DNA of 63,552 bases, filler included, from Candidatus Hydrogenedentota bacterium (lineage in GTDB: Bacteria > JBFMHD01): the NCBI GenBank assembly GCA_040752395.1. It is 7 parts of 7 records of this genome, joined end to end, with 100 filler letters (N's around TTAATTAATTAA, not from the genome) between each part and the next. Parts side by side here need not be neighbours in the genome. Positions count along the whole stretch, not along the records: positions 42,447 to 63,552 come from JBFMHD010000015.1; 6 more parts are not named here. The stretch is one strand, 5' to 3'. Under the pieces are notes generated by a model. The model searched no databases and was not told the DNA's origin. It saw nothing but the letters and a program-made list of their open reading frames with translations. This document shows, piece after piece, positions 48,986 to 58,728 of the stretch; position 1 is the first letter of the stretch; every line of letters starts with the position of its first letter. Made by a program: the position numbers and the translations under genes.

Positions 48986-50356
48986 ATGAGCAAAACACAT
49001 TTTGACCATGTTATAAAGCGTGATGGCTCTGTTGTCCCGTTTACTGATGTCCGCATAACAAATGCTATATACCGGGCAGCAATCGCAGTAGGCGGAAGAG
49101 ACCGCAAAATCGCAGAATACCTCACAAATCAAGTCATCTCATATCTTAATAAAAATATCCCACCATCTAAATCCCCACACGTTGAACAGATCCAGAATAC
49201 TATCGAACGCGTTCTAATCGAACGTGGCTATGTTCAGACTGCTAAAGCTTTTATCCTGTATCGTAACGAACGTCAAAAAAACCGCGAAGAGAAACAAAAA
49301 CAGGGTGATAGCCCCAAAATAGGTGACGGTATCCCCTGGAAAAAAGTCTGGGAATCTCTCAACTGGGCTATCGATCACAAGGTCTTCACCATTGAAGAGT
49401 TGAATGAACGTATACTCGATGGCTCTTATCAAGAACTCGTACGTGAAAGTGAAGAGGCATATCAACTGGATATCATCCGCGCAGCTGACACCATTCTTAA
49501 ACGCAAAGCCGAACTCTGTTTTGTTATCGTCGCAGGCCCGAGCTCCTCAGGCAAAACTACAACCACAGTCAAAATCGCCGAACACCTAAAAAATGAAGGG
49601 CTTGAATTCTTGCCATTTCACGTAGATAATTATTTCTTTGACCTCGAAGACCATCCGCGTGACGAACACGGAGACTACGATTATGAAACACCCGAAGCTA
49701 TTGATATTAAACTCCTAAATGAACATCTCCAGGAAATCTATAAAGGAAAAGAAGTGCAGCCACCCTGTTTCAATTTTAAATCCGGTAAACGTGAAGGTAC
49801 CACACATCCTGTCAAATTACATAAAAACCAGATCCTTCTAATTGATTGTCTGCATGGACTACATAAACCATTAACAGCAGGTATCCCTGATTCTGCTAAA
49901 GCAAAGATATATATTGAACCGTTTTTTCAGATAAGGGGTCCTGATGGGTCTTTTATTAAATGGACTGATATCCGTCTTATTCGACGGATTGTTCGTGATC
50001 AACGTGAACGTAACGTCAGCCCAAACCAAAGCATTGAACACTGGCATTATGTACGTAAAGCTGAATTACGCTACATCATCCCCCATTCAACATCAGCTGA
50101 TTACATCATTAATAGCGCTCTCCCCTATGAACTACCTGTCTGGAGTAACCGCGTGGGGAAACTCTTTAAGGAATGGAAAAAATTGTACAAAACCAAAGGA
50201 GCTGGCTATCAAGATCCAGCTAAACGAGCTGAGCGGATTTCAGGGATACTTGAACATATAAAACCCTGGCAGGATGAATCCATTATCCCGGAAACAGCGC
50301 TTTTGCGCGAGTTCATCGGAGGCTCATACTATCTGCATCACCAATTCAGACAGTAG
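48986..50356 (+). CDS. ATP-cone + uridine kinase/PRK-family protein
   Basis: VIKRDG..VPF..RI..AI ATP cone; VAGPSSSGKTTT, VDNYF, DIRLIRRIVRD. Confidence 0.88.
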   Translation: MSKTHFDHVIKRDGSVVPFTDVRITNAIYRAAIAVGGRDRKIAEYLTNQVISYLNKNIPPSKSPHVEQIQNTIERVLIERGYVQTAKAFILYRNERQKNREEKQKQGDSPKIGDGIPWKKVWESLNWAIDHKVFTIEELNERILDGSYQELVRESEEAYQLDIIRAADTILKRKAELCFVIVAGPSSSGKTTTTVKIAEHLKNEGLEFLPFHVDNYFFDLEDHPRDEHGDYDYETPEAIDIKLLNEHLQEIYKGKEVQPPCFNFKSGKREGTTHPVKLHKNQILLIDCLHGLHKPLTAGIPDSAKAKIYIEPFFQIRGPDGSFIKWTDIRLIRRIVRDQRERNVSPNQSIEHWHYVRKAELRYIIPHSTSADYIINSALPYELPVWSNRVGKLFKEWKKLYKTKGAGYQDPAKRAERISGILEHIKPWQDESIIPETALLREFIGGSYYLHHQFRQ

Positions 50357-50359
50357 ACC

Positions 50360-50591
50360 ATAGATATCAGACTTCAGACGTTAGACTTAAAGGAAGGATG
50401 TTGTCTTCAGGCTACAGACTACAGGCTTCAGATTGCAGACCACAGGCTCTTCAGGCTCCAGGCTTTTTGCTCCAGCCGGCTGTAGTCCGTAGCCTGTAGC
50501 CTGTCCTGATACTTCTCACTTCTTCCGTTATCTTGCTTCTTGCTTCTTGCTTCTACTTGATATTATTATAGTTACAATGTTTTTCAGAGGA
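50360..50591 (+). repeat. Modular intergenic repeat copy providing the ribBA RBS
   Basis: (TCAGACT/ACAGGCT)n, then CTCCAGCCGGCTG(GTAGCCT)n..(TCTTGCT)n..GTTACAATGTTTTTCAGAGGA. Confidence 0.92.
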
Positions 50592-50600
50592 TGTTTTATA

Positions 50601-51800
50601 ATGGTTTTTGCAAGTATTGATGATGCTATAAAAAATTTGAGGAAAGGGAAACTGATAATTGTTGTTGACGATGAGAATAGAGAAAACGAAGGTGACTTGT
50701 TATTATCTGCTCAATTTGTTACACCACAAAAGATTAATTTTATGGCACGTTACGGCAGAGGATTAATCTGTCTTCCAGCAACTAAAGAGAGATTGCAGGA
50801 ACTTCAACTCGACCAGATGGTAGAGAATAATACTGATGTACATCGTACCGCATTTACTGTTTCTATTGATGCTGCTAAAGGAATCACAACTGGTATCTCA
50901 GCTTATGATAGAGCAAGAACTATTAAGGTGTTTATTAATAACGAGACGAAACCAGAGGATTTAAGGCGCCCGGGTCATATATTCCCACTCGAAGCAAAGC
51001 CAGGCGGCGTTTTACAGAGAGCAGGCCACACTGAAGCCTGCATTGATTTAATGAGGCTTGGTTCACTCTATCCGGCTGGAGTAATATGTGAGATAATGAA
51101 TGATGATGGCACTATGGCAAGATTACCTCAACTTAAAAAATTTGCTAAAAAACATAACCTGAAAATTATAACTATAAAAGATTTAATAAAATACAGGCAT
51201 AATAAAGAGTATCTGATAGAATTCATAGATAAAGCGTTATTACCCTCACGATTTGGCGAATTTACTGCTTATCTTTATAGATGTAAGCTGGATAATTTAA
51301 TACATATAGCACTTGTAAAAGGAGAAGTAAAAAATAAAAAGAATGTTCTTGTCAGAGTTCACTCAGAATGTTTAACAGGTGACATTTTTCATTCATTAAG
51401 ATGCGATTGTGGTGAGCAGCTCAAAACTTCTTTGTCAATGATTAATAAAGATGGCAGAGGCGTTTTATTGTATATGCGGCAGGAGGGTCGAGGCATAGGG
51501 CTTGAAAATAAAATCCGCGCTTATAAATTACAGGAACAAGGATTGGACACAGTACAGGCAAATATTAAACTTGGCTTCCCGCCGGATTTACGTGATTATG
51601 GTATAGGTGCTCAGATTTTAAAACATCTTGGTTTATCGACTATTAGATTACTCACAAACAACCCTAAGAAAATAATAGGGTTAAGTGGCTATGGTCTCAA
51701 AATATCAAAACGTGTACCTATAATCATTCCACCTAATAAGTTAAACAAAAAATACCTTCAAACAAAAAAAAATAAACTCGGCCATTTATTAAAAATATAG
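50601..51800 (+). CDS. ribBA: Bifunctional DHBP synthase / GTP cyclohydrolase II
   Basis: [42 protein letters not shown]; likely start 50601. Confidence 0.97.
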   Translation: MVFASIDDAIKNLRKGKLIIVVDDENRENEGDLLLSAQFVTPQKINFMARYGRGLICLPATKERLQELQLDQMVENNTDVHRTAFTVSIDAAKGITTGISAYDRARTIKVFINNETKPEDLRRPGHIFPLEAKPGGVLQRAGHTEACIDLMRLGSLYPAGVICEIMNDDGTMARLPQLKKFAKKHNLKIITIKDLIKYRHNKEYLIEFIDKALLPSRFGEFTAYLYRCKLDNLIHIALVKGEVKNKKNVLVRVHSECLTGDIFHSLRCDCGEQLKTSLSMINKDGRGVLLYMRQEGRGIGLENKIRAYKLQEQGLDTVQANIKLGFPPDLRDYGIGAQILKHLGLSTIRLLTNNPKKIIGLSGYGLKISKRVPIIIPPNKLNKKYLQTKKNKLGHLLKI

Positions 51801-51889
51801 TAATCCACCTATCTAAATAATCGCCATAAAACCAAAAAGAGATTTTCTGAAAAACCCCCTTTTTTAAATAGGTGTATAGTCAAGTTAGG

Positions 51890-53029
51890 CTATGCTGATA
51901 ATTTGTTAAGGGTATTAATAATAAGTTCGTCATCTGGAAAAATTTTATGTGCTGTTTTTAAATACTCTCTTGCTTCCATTTTTTTATTCTGCTCGATGTA
52001 AATTTTAATCAATAACAAATACGATTTTTTAAAACCTCGATCAAGCTCAATAGATTTTTTACAGCACAAAATAGCATTAAAAATATCGCGTTTACGATAA
52101 CTGATCATAGCCATTGTATAATATGGTTCTGCTGCTTCTTTTATTTTCAATGACTCCTGAAGATACCTGATTGCTTCATCGAGTTTATCTTCTTTGTATA
52201 AAAGAGTTGCTAAATTATAATAATGTTCAGCACAATATGGTTCTATCTCTATACACCTATTAAATGCTTCCTTACTTTTATTAAAATCCTTCAGTTCACC
52301 ATAGCTTATACCCAAAGCGCTCCAGGATAGTGCAAAACCCGGATGCAGTGATATTGATCTTTGAAATGAATCAGCAGCATTTACTAACTCACCTGATTTA
52401 TAGTACTCTGTCCCGAGGACATACCACATTTCAAAATCATTTTTTTTTAGTTTAAGTTCTTCTTTTATTAATTCGATATATTTCACTGATTTATCTTTAA
52501 ATTTTTCTATGTCTCTTTTAAGACAGCCAAAATGTTTTATCACTACTTCTGCCTCCCTTATCTCTAAACCAGCTTTTCTAATACTCTCATCGGGTTTTTC
52601 ATGAACCCTGCCAGTGTATCGTATCTCTTTGCGATTTCTAAAAAGTCGAAGCACATAATCTGTGTAATAAGGGTGTTCTTTTGAAAAAACATAGTTCTCT
52701 CTTTTTAAAAAATAGCCGCCAACATCAGCATCAAGATATTCTTTTCTGATTTTTTCTATATCGCTATTACTCAGTCTTTCATCAGCATCAAGAACAAGTA
52801 TCCAGTCGGAATGAGCTTTCTCAAGTGAATAATTCCTTGCATTTGAAAAATCATTCTCCATATCAAAATCAAAAATCGCCACATCTGTATTATTAAGCAG
52901 TTCTTTTGTTTTGTCAGTTGAGCCCGTATCAACAACAATTATTTCGTCAAAACAGGATTTTATAGGTAGAATACAATCCAATATATTTTTTTCTTCGTTC
53001 TTAACAATCATACAGAGGGATAGTTTCAT
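51890..53029 (-). CDS. GT2 glycosyltransferase with TPR tail
   Basis: LSLCMIVKNEE, VDTGSTD, LDADE, GRVHE, followed by TPRs. Confidence 0.92.
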   Translation of the reverse strand: MKLSLCMIVKNEEKNILDCILPIKSCFDEIIVVDTGSTDKTKELLNNTDVAIFDFDMENDFSNARNYSLEKAHSDWILVLDADERLSNSDIEKIRKEYLDADVGGYFLKRENYVFSKEHPYYTDYVLRLFRNRKEIRYTGRVHEKPDESIRKAGLEIREAEVVIKHFGCLKRDIEKFKDKSVKYIELIKEELKLKKNDFEMWYVLGTEYYKSGELVNAADSFQRSISLHPGFALSWSALGISYGELKDFNKSKEAFNRCIEIEPYCAEHYYNLATLLYKEDKLDEAIRYLQESLKIKEAAEPYYTMAMISYRKRDIFNAILCCKKSIELDRGFKKSYLLLIKIYIEQNKKMEAREYLKTAHKIFPDDELIINTLNKLSA

Positions 53030-54810
53030 TTTGCGAGTTCTTTGAGTTTCTGTCTTAGCATCTCTTCATCTTTGATATTATTAAAAGATTTTTCAACCTC
53101 ATCTATTGACATAGTAAAATTTTTATCACTAAAAACTTTTTTAATTTTCGGATGAGATGATTCAATAACTTTCTCATCATCATAAAAAAGTTTTTCTTCT
53201 ATCTTTTCGCCGCAACGAATGCCGCTAAACTCTATTTTTATCTCTTTTTTTCCGTATAAAGATATTAACGTTCTTGCAAGGTCAACAATCTTTATCGGTT
53301 CACCCATATCAAGAACATAGATAACCCCCGTTTCCTCAAATGTTGATGCTTGCAAAACAAGTCTGCAAGACTCGGGTATCGTCATAAAATATCTAACCAT
53401 CTCGGGATGAGTAACTGTTACACAACCCCCTTTTTTTATCTGCTCCACAAATATAGGTACCACACTGCCACTTGAAGATATGACATTCCCGAACCTTACA
53501 GCTATGAATAATGTGGTGTATCGGCTTCTACCTGTCTCTAATATCAGCTTCTCACCTATTCGTTTACTCATCCCCATAACACCTTCACAGTCTACAGCCT
53601 TGTCAGTAGAAATAAAAACGAATTTTTTTACAGAATACTTATTAGAGATTCTCATCATATTGATGGTTCCAATAATATTTGTTTTCACTGCCTCGTATAA
53701 ATTCTCTTCTAAAACAGGAACATGTTTATAAGCTGCTGTATGAAATATAAAATCCGGCCTCTCATTATTTACAATCAAATCCATCCTTTCATAATCAGTA
53801 ATGTCTCCAAGATAAACCTTCAACCTATTGTTTTTTAGCCGGGATATCTCAGAAATTCCCGTTTCATTCTGGTCAATTGCCACGACTCTTTGAGGACGAT
53901 ATTTAAGAAGTTGTTTTATTAATTCTCTTCCAATAGACCCGACACCACCTGTCACTAAAATACACTTATCTTCGATTGTCCTCATTATCTCGGACTCATC
54001 AACTTTGACAGTCTCTCTACCAAGCAAATCCTCTGGTTCAAAATATCTTATGTCCTCAAGATTAACATCTCCTTCGATTATCTCCTTTATCCCTGGAACT
54101 ATCCTGAAGCTTAATTTTGCATCCTGGCAGTATCTGATGATTTTTCTTATTTCTTCGCCTGTTGCTGATGGTATAGATATAATAATATCTTTTATTTTTA
54201 AAGATTCTGAGACCTCTTTAACCTTTGATATTCTGTCAACAACAGGTACACCAAAATACTTTTTTCTCATTTTTGATTCATCATCATCCAGAAAAGCAAG
54301 AGGTTCAATTTTAGAATTTACGTCTGATTTAATCTTTTCAACTATGCTCTGACCCGCCTCACCCGCGCCTATAATTATACACCGCTCCTTTTTCGATTCC
54401 TCGTCTCTTATTATAGGAGGATAAAACTTTAATCCGATTCTTATTGAAAGTAAAAGCAGCAAAATAATCAAATGGTCATAAATAATGACAAGCCGCGAAA
54501 AACTCAAATATCTATTATAAAATACTATTGTTGTGATGATAAAAAATGACAATATTATTGATAATGAAACCCTTCTTAAATTATCAAATAAAGTGTATTT
54601 CCAGCCAAGTTTATAAACACCAATTAGATATAAAACTACCACCTGTATAATGGCAAAAACTAAAACACTCCTCTTTAATAAAATGTATTCATTGGCTGGT
54701 ATCGGGTAACCGAACCTGATGATATATGCTATCTTCAGTCCGATGACACAGATAAAAAAATCAGATACAATGTATAAAACTTTCTTAATCAGAGATTTGT
54801 TTTTATCCAT
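53026..54810 (-). CDS. Membrane-bound nucleoside-diphosphate sugar dehydratase (CapD/PglF type)
   Basis: 4 TMs, GAGEAG, EDLLGR, TGGVGSIG, AAYKHVP, STDKAV, RFGNV, RYFMTIPE. Confidence 0.93.
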   Translation of the reverse strand: MDKNKSLIKKVLYIVSDFFICVIGLKIAYIIRFGYPIPANEYILLKRSVLVFAIIQVVVLYLIGVYKLGWKYTLFDNLRRVSLSIILSFFIITTIVFYNRYLSFSRLVIIYDHLIILLLLLSIRIGLKFYPPIIRDEESKKERCIIIGAGEAGQSIVEKIKSDVNSKIEPLAFLDDDESKMRKKYFGVPVVDRISKVKEVSESLKIKDIIISIPSATGEEIRKIIRYCQDAKLSFRIVPGIKEIIEGDVNLEDIRYFEPEDLLGRETVKVDESEIMRTIEDKCILVTGGVGSIGRELIKQLLKYRPQRVVAIDQNETGISEISRLKNNRLKVYLGDITDYERMDLIVNNERPDFIFHTAAYKHVPVLEENLYEAVKTNIIGTINMMRISNKYSVKKFVFISTDKAVDCEGVMGMSKRIGEKLILETGRSRYTTLFIAVRFGNVISSSGSVVPIFVEQIKKGGCVTVTHPEMVRYFMTIPESCRLVLQASTFEETGVIYVLDMGEPIKIVDLARTLISLYGKKEIKIEFSGIRCGEKIEEKLFYDDEKVIESSHPKIKKVFSDKNFTMSIDEVEKSFNNIKDEEMLRQKLKELAK

Positions 54811-56276
54811 TCTTCTCCCTTTCTAATCACCTGAAAAAATCTTCCTTTTTTTAAAAGTCTATATTTTTCAAGTATCTCTTTTTTATTATAATAATAATCC
54901 TCAAGTGACGCTATAAAAATCTCTTTATTTTCTCTAAAACATTTAGCTATAAATTCGAGCTGTTCGAACGGTCTAATAAAAACAATCCTTTTATCGTTAT
55001 CGTACAGACTGAAATATAATTCAGGGTCAACCATCATTACCCCATTATGCGGAACAATTAATCTAATCTCATTTTTTAACTGAAATATCTCCTGGCCTGT
55101 TTTATGCCATGGTTTAAATAATTCCTTTATACTATTTCTATAAACAAGATCCCTTACACAAGGAAATTTTGAAAAAGGATACTCATATAATCTGGGCCTT
55201 ACTTTATACGTTTCGAGAATAACAGGCGTTGCTGCGTATAAAAATAATGGTAGAAAAATAATGAAGATAAAACATAGGGACGCTGTCTGAAACCATCTTT
55301 CGTAGGTTCTGTACTCAATGGCTGCTATTTTATTCAATGTTATTCCGATAAATATACCACAAATATAGTGAATTATACACTCTGTTTTTAATGAATCAAA
55401 GTATGATACACAATTAAATAATACAAAAGATATAATAGTAAAAAGTATAAATTTAAATATAGCCTGATAAATTCTATAAAGAAACATCATTCCTATAATA
55501 ATAAAACAGAAACCAAGTATCGGATACCCATAGATAAGATTTAATAAAAACCTTATGTTATTCATTACAAAATCATAAGAACTAATTTCTACCCACAATC
55601 TTATTTCAAGAAGAGTTTTATTCTGATTATAAATAAAAAGAAAGATTTCTGCTATAATAACAATTAACAAAAAGACTATGCCTAAACCTGAAAGAATAAA
55701 TCTCTCCTTTTTTGATTTTTGACTAAAAATAAGAAATATTTCTGCTGGCAAAAATAATAGACTTATAAAAGAGTTCAAAAAACTTATCGCAAAAAAAAAT
55801 AAATTCCAGCGATAATATTTTATCTCACTGGTAAGTATCGATGCTATCGCTGTATAAACTATAATCCCTGATAAAAAAATCTGAGCAAGAATCGGGTCAG
55901 GTTTTCTGCTTAAAGAATAGAAAATAAAATTTAACCCAACAGCTAACGTACTTAATAGCACAGCCCATCGCCTCACTCCCAATGAATGAAGTATATACAT
56001 AAAAACTATCAAACTTAAATAACTGAAGATAAAATTTATTATTTTTGTAATTAAAAAGGTATCTGCATCAATAATCAGGGTAATCAATTTACCAACAATT
56101 AGATATACTCCACCAAAAAATAATGATGAATATATCTTTCCATCCCTGATACATGCTAAAATATATGTCTCCATACCGTATGAAAAATTATCGCTGGTAT
56201 TTATAAAGTAAAATATAATTGCAAAAATTAGTATTATAATCCAGTCAAGAAATTTTATATCAAACTCATTTTTCAT
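54789..56276 (-). CDS. Polytopic membrane protein (possible GT-C glycosyltransferase)
   Basis: About 11 hydrophobic segments and a soluble C-terminus; lies between mazG and the dehydratase gene. Confidence 0.6.
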   Translation of the reverse strand: MKNEFDIKFLDWIIILIFAIIFYFINTSDNFSYGMETYILACIRDGKIYSSLFFGGVYLIVGKLITLIIDADTFLITKIINFIFSYLSLIVFMYILHSLGVRRWAVLLSTLAVGLNFIFYSLSRKPDPILAQIFLSGIIVYTAIASILTSEIKYYRWNLFFFAISFLNSFISLLFLPAEIFLIFSQKSKKERFILSGLGIVFLLIVIIAEIFLFIYNQNKTLLEIRLWVEISSYDFVMNNIRFLLNLIYGYPILGFCFIIIGMMFLYRIYQAIFKFILFTIISFVLFNCVSYFDSLKTECIIHYICGIFIGITLNKIAAIEYRTYERWFQTASLCFIFIIFLPLFLYAATPVILETYKVRPRLYEYPFSKFPCVRDLVYRNSIKELFKPWHKTGQEIFQLKNEIRLIVPHNGVMMVDPELYFSLYDNDKRIVFIRPFEQLEFIAKCFRENKEIFIASLEDYYYNKKEILEKYRLLKKGRFFQVIRKGEEWIKTNL

Positions 56277-56901
56277 AATGGTGAAGAACCATTCTATTCT
56301 TATTCAACAAACTCACCTCAGGGTCTATCCCATACATTTGAGAAATACTTGCTATATCAAACAATAATTCACCTATATATTTCTCCAGCTTATCTTTTTT
56401 GAGATTTCTGATATCTTTCTTTACAAGACTGACAAACTTTTGATTTTTAAATTTTATATTCTTATTTACTCTCCGTAATTTCGATATAACCCTATACGAC
56501 ATAATCAATGCAGGCAGATGCCGTGGTATCCCCTCAAATATATTCTTTTTACCTTCATTAATTTTTATATTCTCCCATTGTTTAAGAACCTCTGCTTGAT
56601 CATTCAGCCTTTTATCTCCAAAAACATGCGGATGCCTCCTTATTAATTTTTTTGATACCCTGGAGATAACATCATTTAAAGTAAACCTTCTTTGTTCTTC
56701 AGCTATTTTACAATGAAAGACAATCTGTAGAAGTAGATCCCCCAGTTCTTCGATAAGTGCATTATCATCCTTTTTATCTATAGCATCTATTACCTCATAC
56801 ACTTCTTCTACAATATATGTTCTTAAAGATTGATGAGTTTGCTCCTTATCCCATGGGCACCTCTCTCTTAATTTATCCATAATCTGTTTTAATCTATCCA
56901 T
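56266..56901 (-). CDS. mazG: Nucleoside triphosphate pyrophosphohydrolase
   Basis: CPWDKEQT, EEVYE, EELGDLLLQ, KLIRRHPHVF. Confidence 0.93.
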   Translation of the reverse strand: MDRLKQIMDKLRERCPWDKEQTHQSLRTYIVEEVYEVIDAIDKKDDNALIEELGDLLLQIVFHCKIAEEQRRFTLNDVISRVSKKLIRRHPHVFGDKRLNDQAEVLKQWENIKINEGKKNIFEGIPRHLPALIMSYRVISKLRRVNKNIKFKNQKFVSLVKKDIRNLKKDKLEKYIGELLFDIASISQMYGIDPEVSLLNKNRMVLHHYEK

Positions 56902-56957
56902 TGTCTTTCACCAATACTATCAAGCACCGGGCATCTCTCCTGTCTCCTGTCTTCTAT

Positions 56958-57812
56958 CTACTTCTTTATCTCTACTTTATATTTCTTTCTCAGTTCTTCG
57001 ATTAAATTTTTTACCTCTGTTTCCATCTTTTTTTTCGTCAGCTCATCCTTGATTTCATTAGAGACTTCTTCTAACGGTTGAACATCTCTTGCTAATAGTT
57101 GCAGAATATGATAACCAAACTGTGTTTTTATAATTTGAGATATCTCACCTATTTTTAAAGAAAAGGCTGCTTTACTTATGGGCTCTATCATTTCATCTTT
57201 AGAAAACCACCCAAGGTCACCCCCGGACTCTTTTGAAACACCGCTATTATATTTTTCAGCAAGTTTTTTAAAATCAGTGCCTGGAGCAAGAGCCTCTTCC
57301 CGTATCCTTTTTATCTCTTCTAAAGCCTTGGTTTCTTGTTCAATGCCTGCATCCCGCTCAAGCGGGATAAGTATATGTCTTGCGTGTACTTTACCTGGCT
57401 TGTTAAAAAATTGCGGTTTCTCGTTATAAAACTTTTTTATTTCATCCTCTGTTATAGATTCTTTTATCTTCTCTTTAATAGAGCCTATTAAAAGCTGTGT
57501 CAAAATATTGAGTTTTGCCTGTTCCATCTGCCATAGATAATCATCAATTTTATCAAAGCCACGTGTTTTTGCTTCTTCAGCAAGTAAGGCACTCTCAGTC
57601 CAATTTTCAATGATTGTATTTTTATCATCTTCAGATAATTCACTTCCCTTTTGTTTATTCAAATAGTCAAATGCCGCCTGCGGTAATACTGAATCACCAA
57701 CCCTGGCTACGTGTTTTCCCTCGATCTTTTTTAACTGAGCCGATTTCTCGCTCTTTCCGCAACTCATAATAAACGTTACTCCTAAAAAATAGACTATAAT
57801 CTTTTTATACAT
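56958..57812 (-). CDS. Parvulin-type PPIase lipoprotein (PrsA/SurA-like)
   Basis: Lipobox-like IMSC, ARHILI, GGDLGWF, TQFGYHI. Confidence 0.9.
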   Translation of the reverse strand: MYKKIIVYFLGVTFIMSCGKSEKSAQLKKIEGKHVARVGDSVLPQAAFDYLNKQKGSELSEDDKNTIIENWTESALLAEEAKTRGFDKIDDYLWQMEQAKLNILTQLLIGSIKEKIKESITEDEIKKFYNEKPQFFNKPGKVHARHILIPLERDAGIEQETKALEEIKRIREEALAPGTDFKKLAEKYNSGVSKESGGDLGWFSKDEMIEPISKAAFSLKIGEISQIIKTQFGYHILQLLARDVQPLEEVSNEIKDELTKKKMETEVKNLIEELRKKYKVEIKK

Positions 57813-57980
57813 CGTTTTATCCTCCATAGCTTGTGTTTTTATTATCTTTTACTCTAATTACTTGATGGATTGCAAGAACTTTTTTATTAATTCTATGAGA
57901 AACGAGAAGTTCTTTAATAATGATACTGAATTTTGTATTTTAGAACTTGACATAAATTATATTGGTCTTAAAATACCAAT

Positions 57981-58271
57981 ATGTATGCTGAACTTGTTTA
58001 CTGGCATAAAGCCGTGGTACAAAAGTATTATATTTTAGAATTGACTATTTATAAAACCGAAAAAAGTTTCAGGTATCCTGAAGGAATTAAATTCAGAATG
58101 ATATGCAAAGACTTACGGAATGACAATAAAGTGTTAATCGACAACCATTATCCAAAGGGGCCTCATATCCACCTTGATGATGATGAGATCGCATATAAAT
58201 TTATAGATGAGAATCAATTAATCAAAGATTTTAAGAGAGTCGTTTATCAACATTTAGGAGTAAAGTTATGA
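57981..58271 (+). CDS. DUF6516/TumE-like toxin
   Basis: YPEGIKF...IDNHYPKGPHIH; ATGA overlap with the HTH partner. Confidence 0.75.
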   Translation: MYAELVYWHKAVVQKYYILELTIYKTEKSFRYPEGIKFRMICKDLRNDNKVLIDNHYPKGPHIHLDDDEIAYKFIDENQLIKDFKRVVYQHLGVKL

Positions 58272-58636
58272 AACAACTGGTTATTTCACTAAAAAACTCA
58301 ACAGAGGTTTTATCAGATTTCAAAAAAGCTTTTAGGAATGCTAAAAGAAATGATAAACAATATCATTCTCGGTATGAAATCTCTTTTGATTCAAAGAAAG
58401 AGTTAAATAAGTTTTTAAGAAATATTGATATATTGTCCAGTATAATTTATTTCAAACCAAAATCAATATACGAACTTGCTAAAATATGCAGAAGAGATGT
58501 TTCGAACCTGAATAAAACGATACTCTTCCTGAGTAAAATCGGGGCAATCAAGATAAAAAAATCAAAGATATCAGGCAAGGAAACGAATACTCCGATTGTC
58601 GAATATGACTCAATTCAATTTAAGTTAGCTGCATAA
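58268..58636 (+). CDS. HTH antitoxin (HVO_A0114/TumA-like)
   Basis: PKSIYELAKICRRDVSNL...P.VEYD. Confidence 0.75.
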   Translation: MKQLVISLKNSTEVLSDFKKAFRNAKRNDKQYHSRYEISFDSKKELNKFLRNIDILSSIIYFKPKSIYELAKICRRDVSNLNKTILFLSKIGAIKIKKSKISGKETNTPIVEYDSIQFKLAA

Positions 58637-58728
58637 AAATTTACAACACTCGCCACCCATAATATCAGCATCGAAAGTAATTCTATCAAGGTTAATCAGT
58701 GAGTAGAAACCTTTATCTTTTAATCTAT

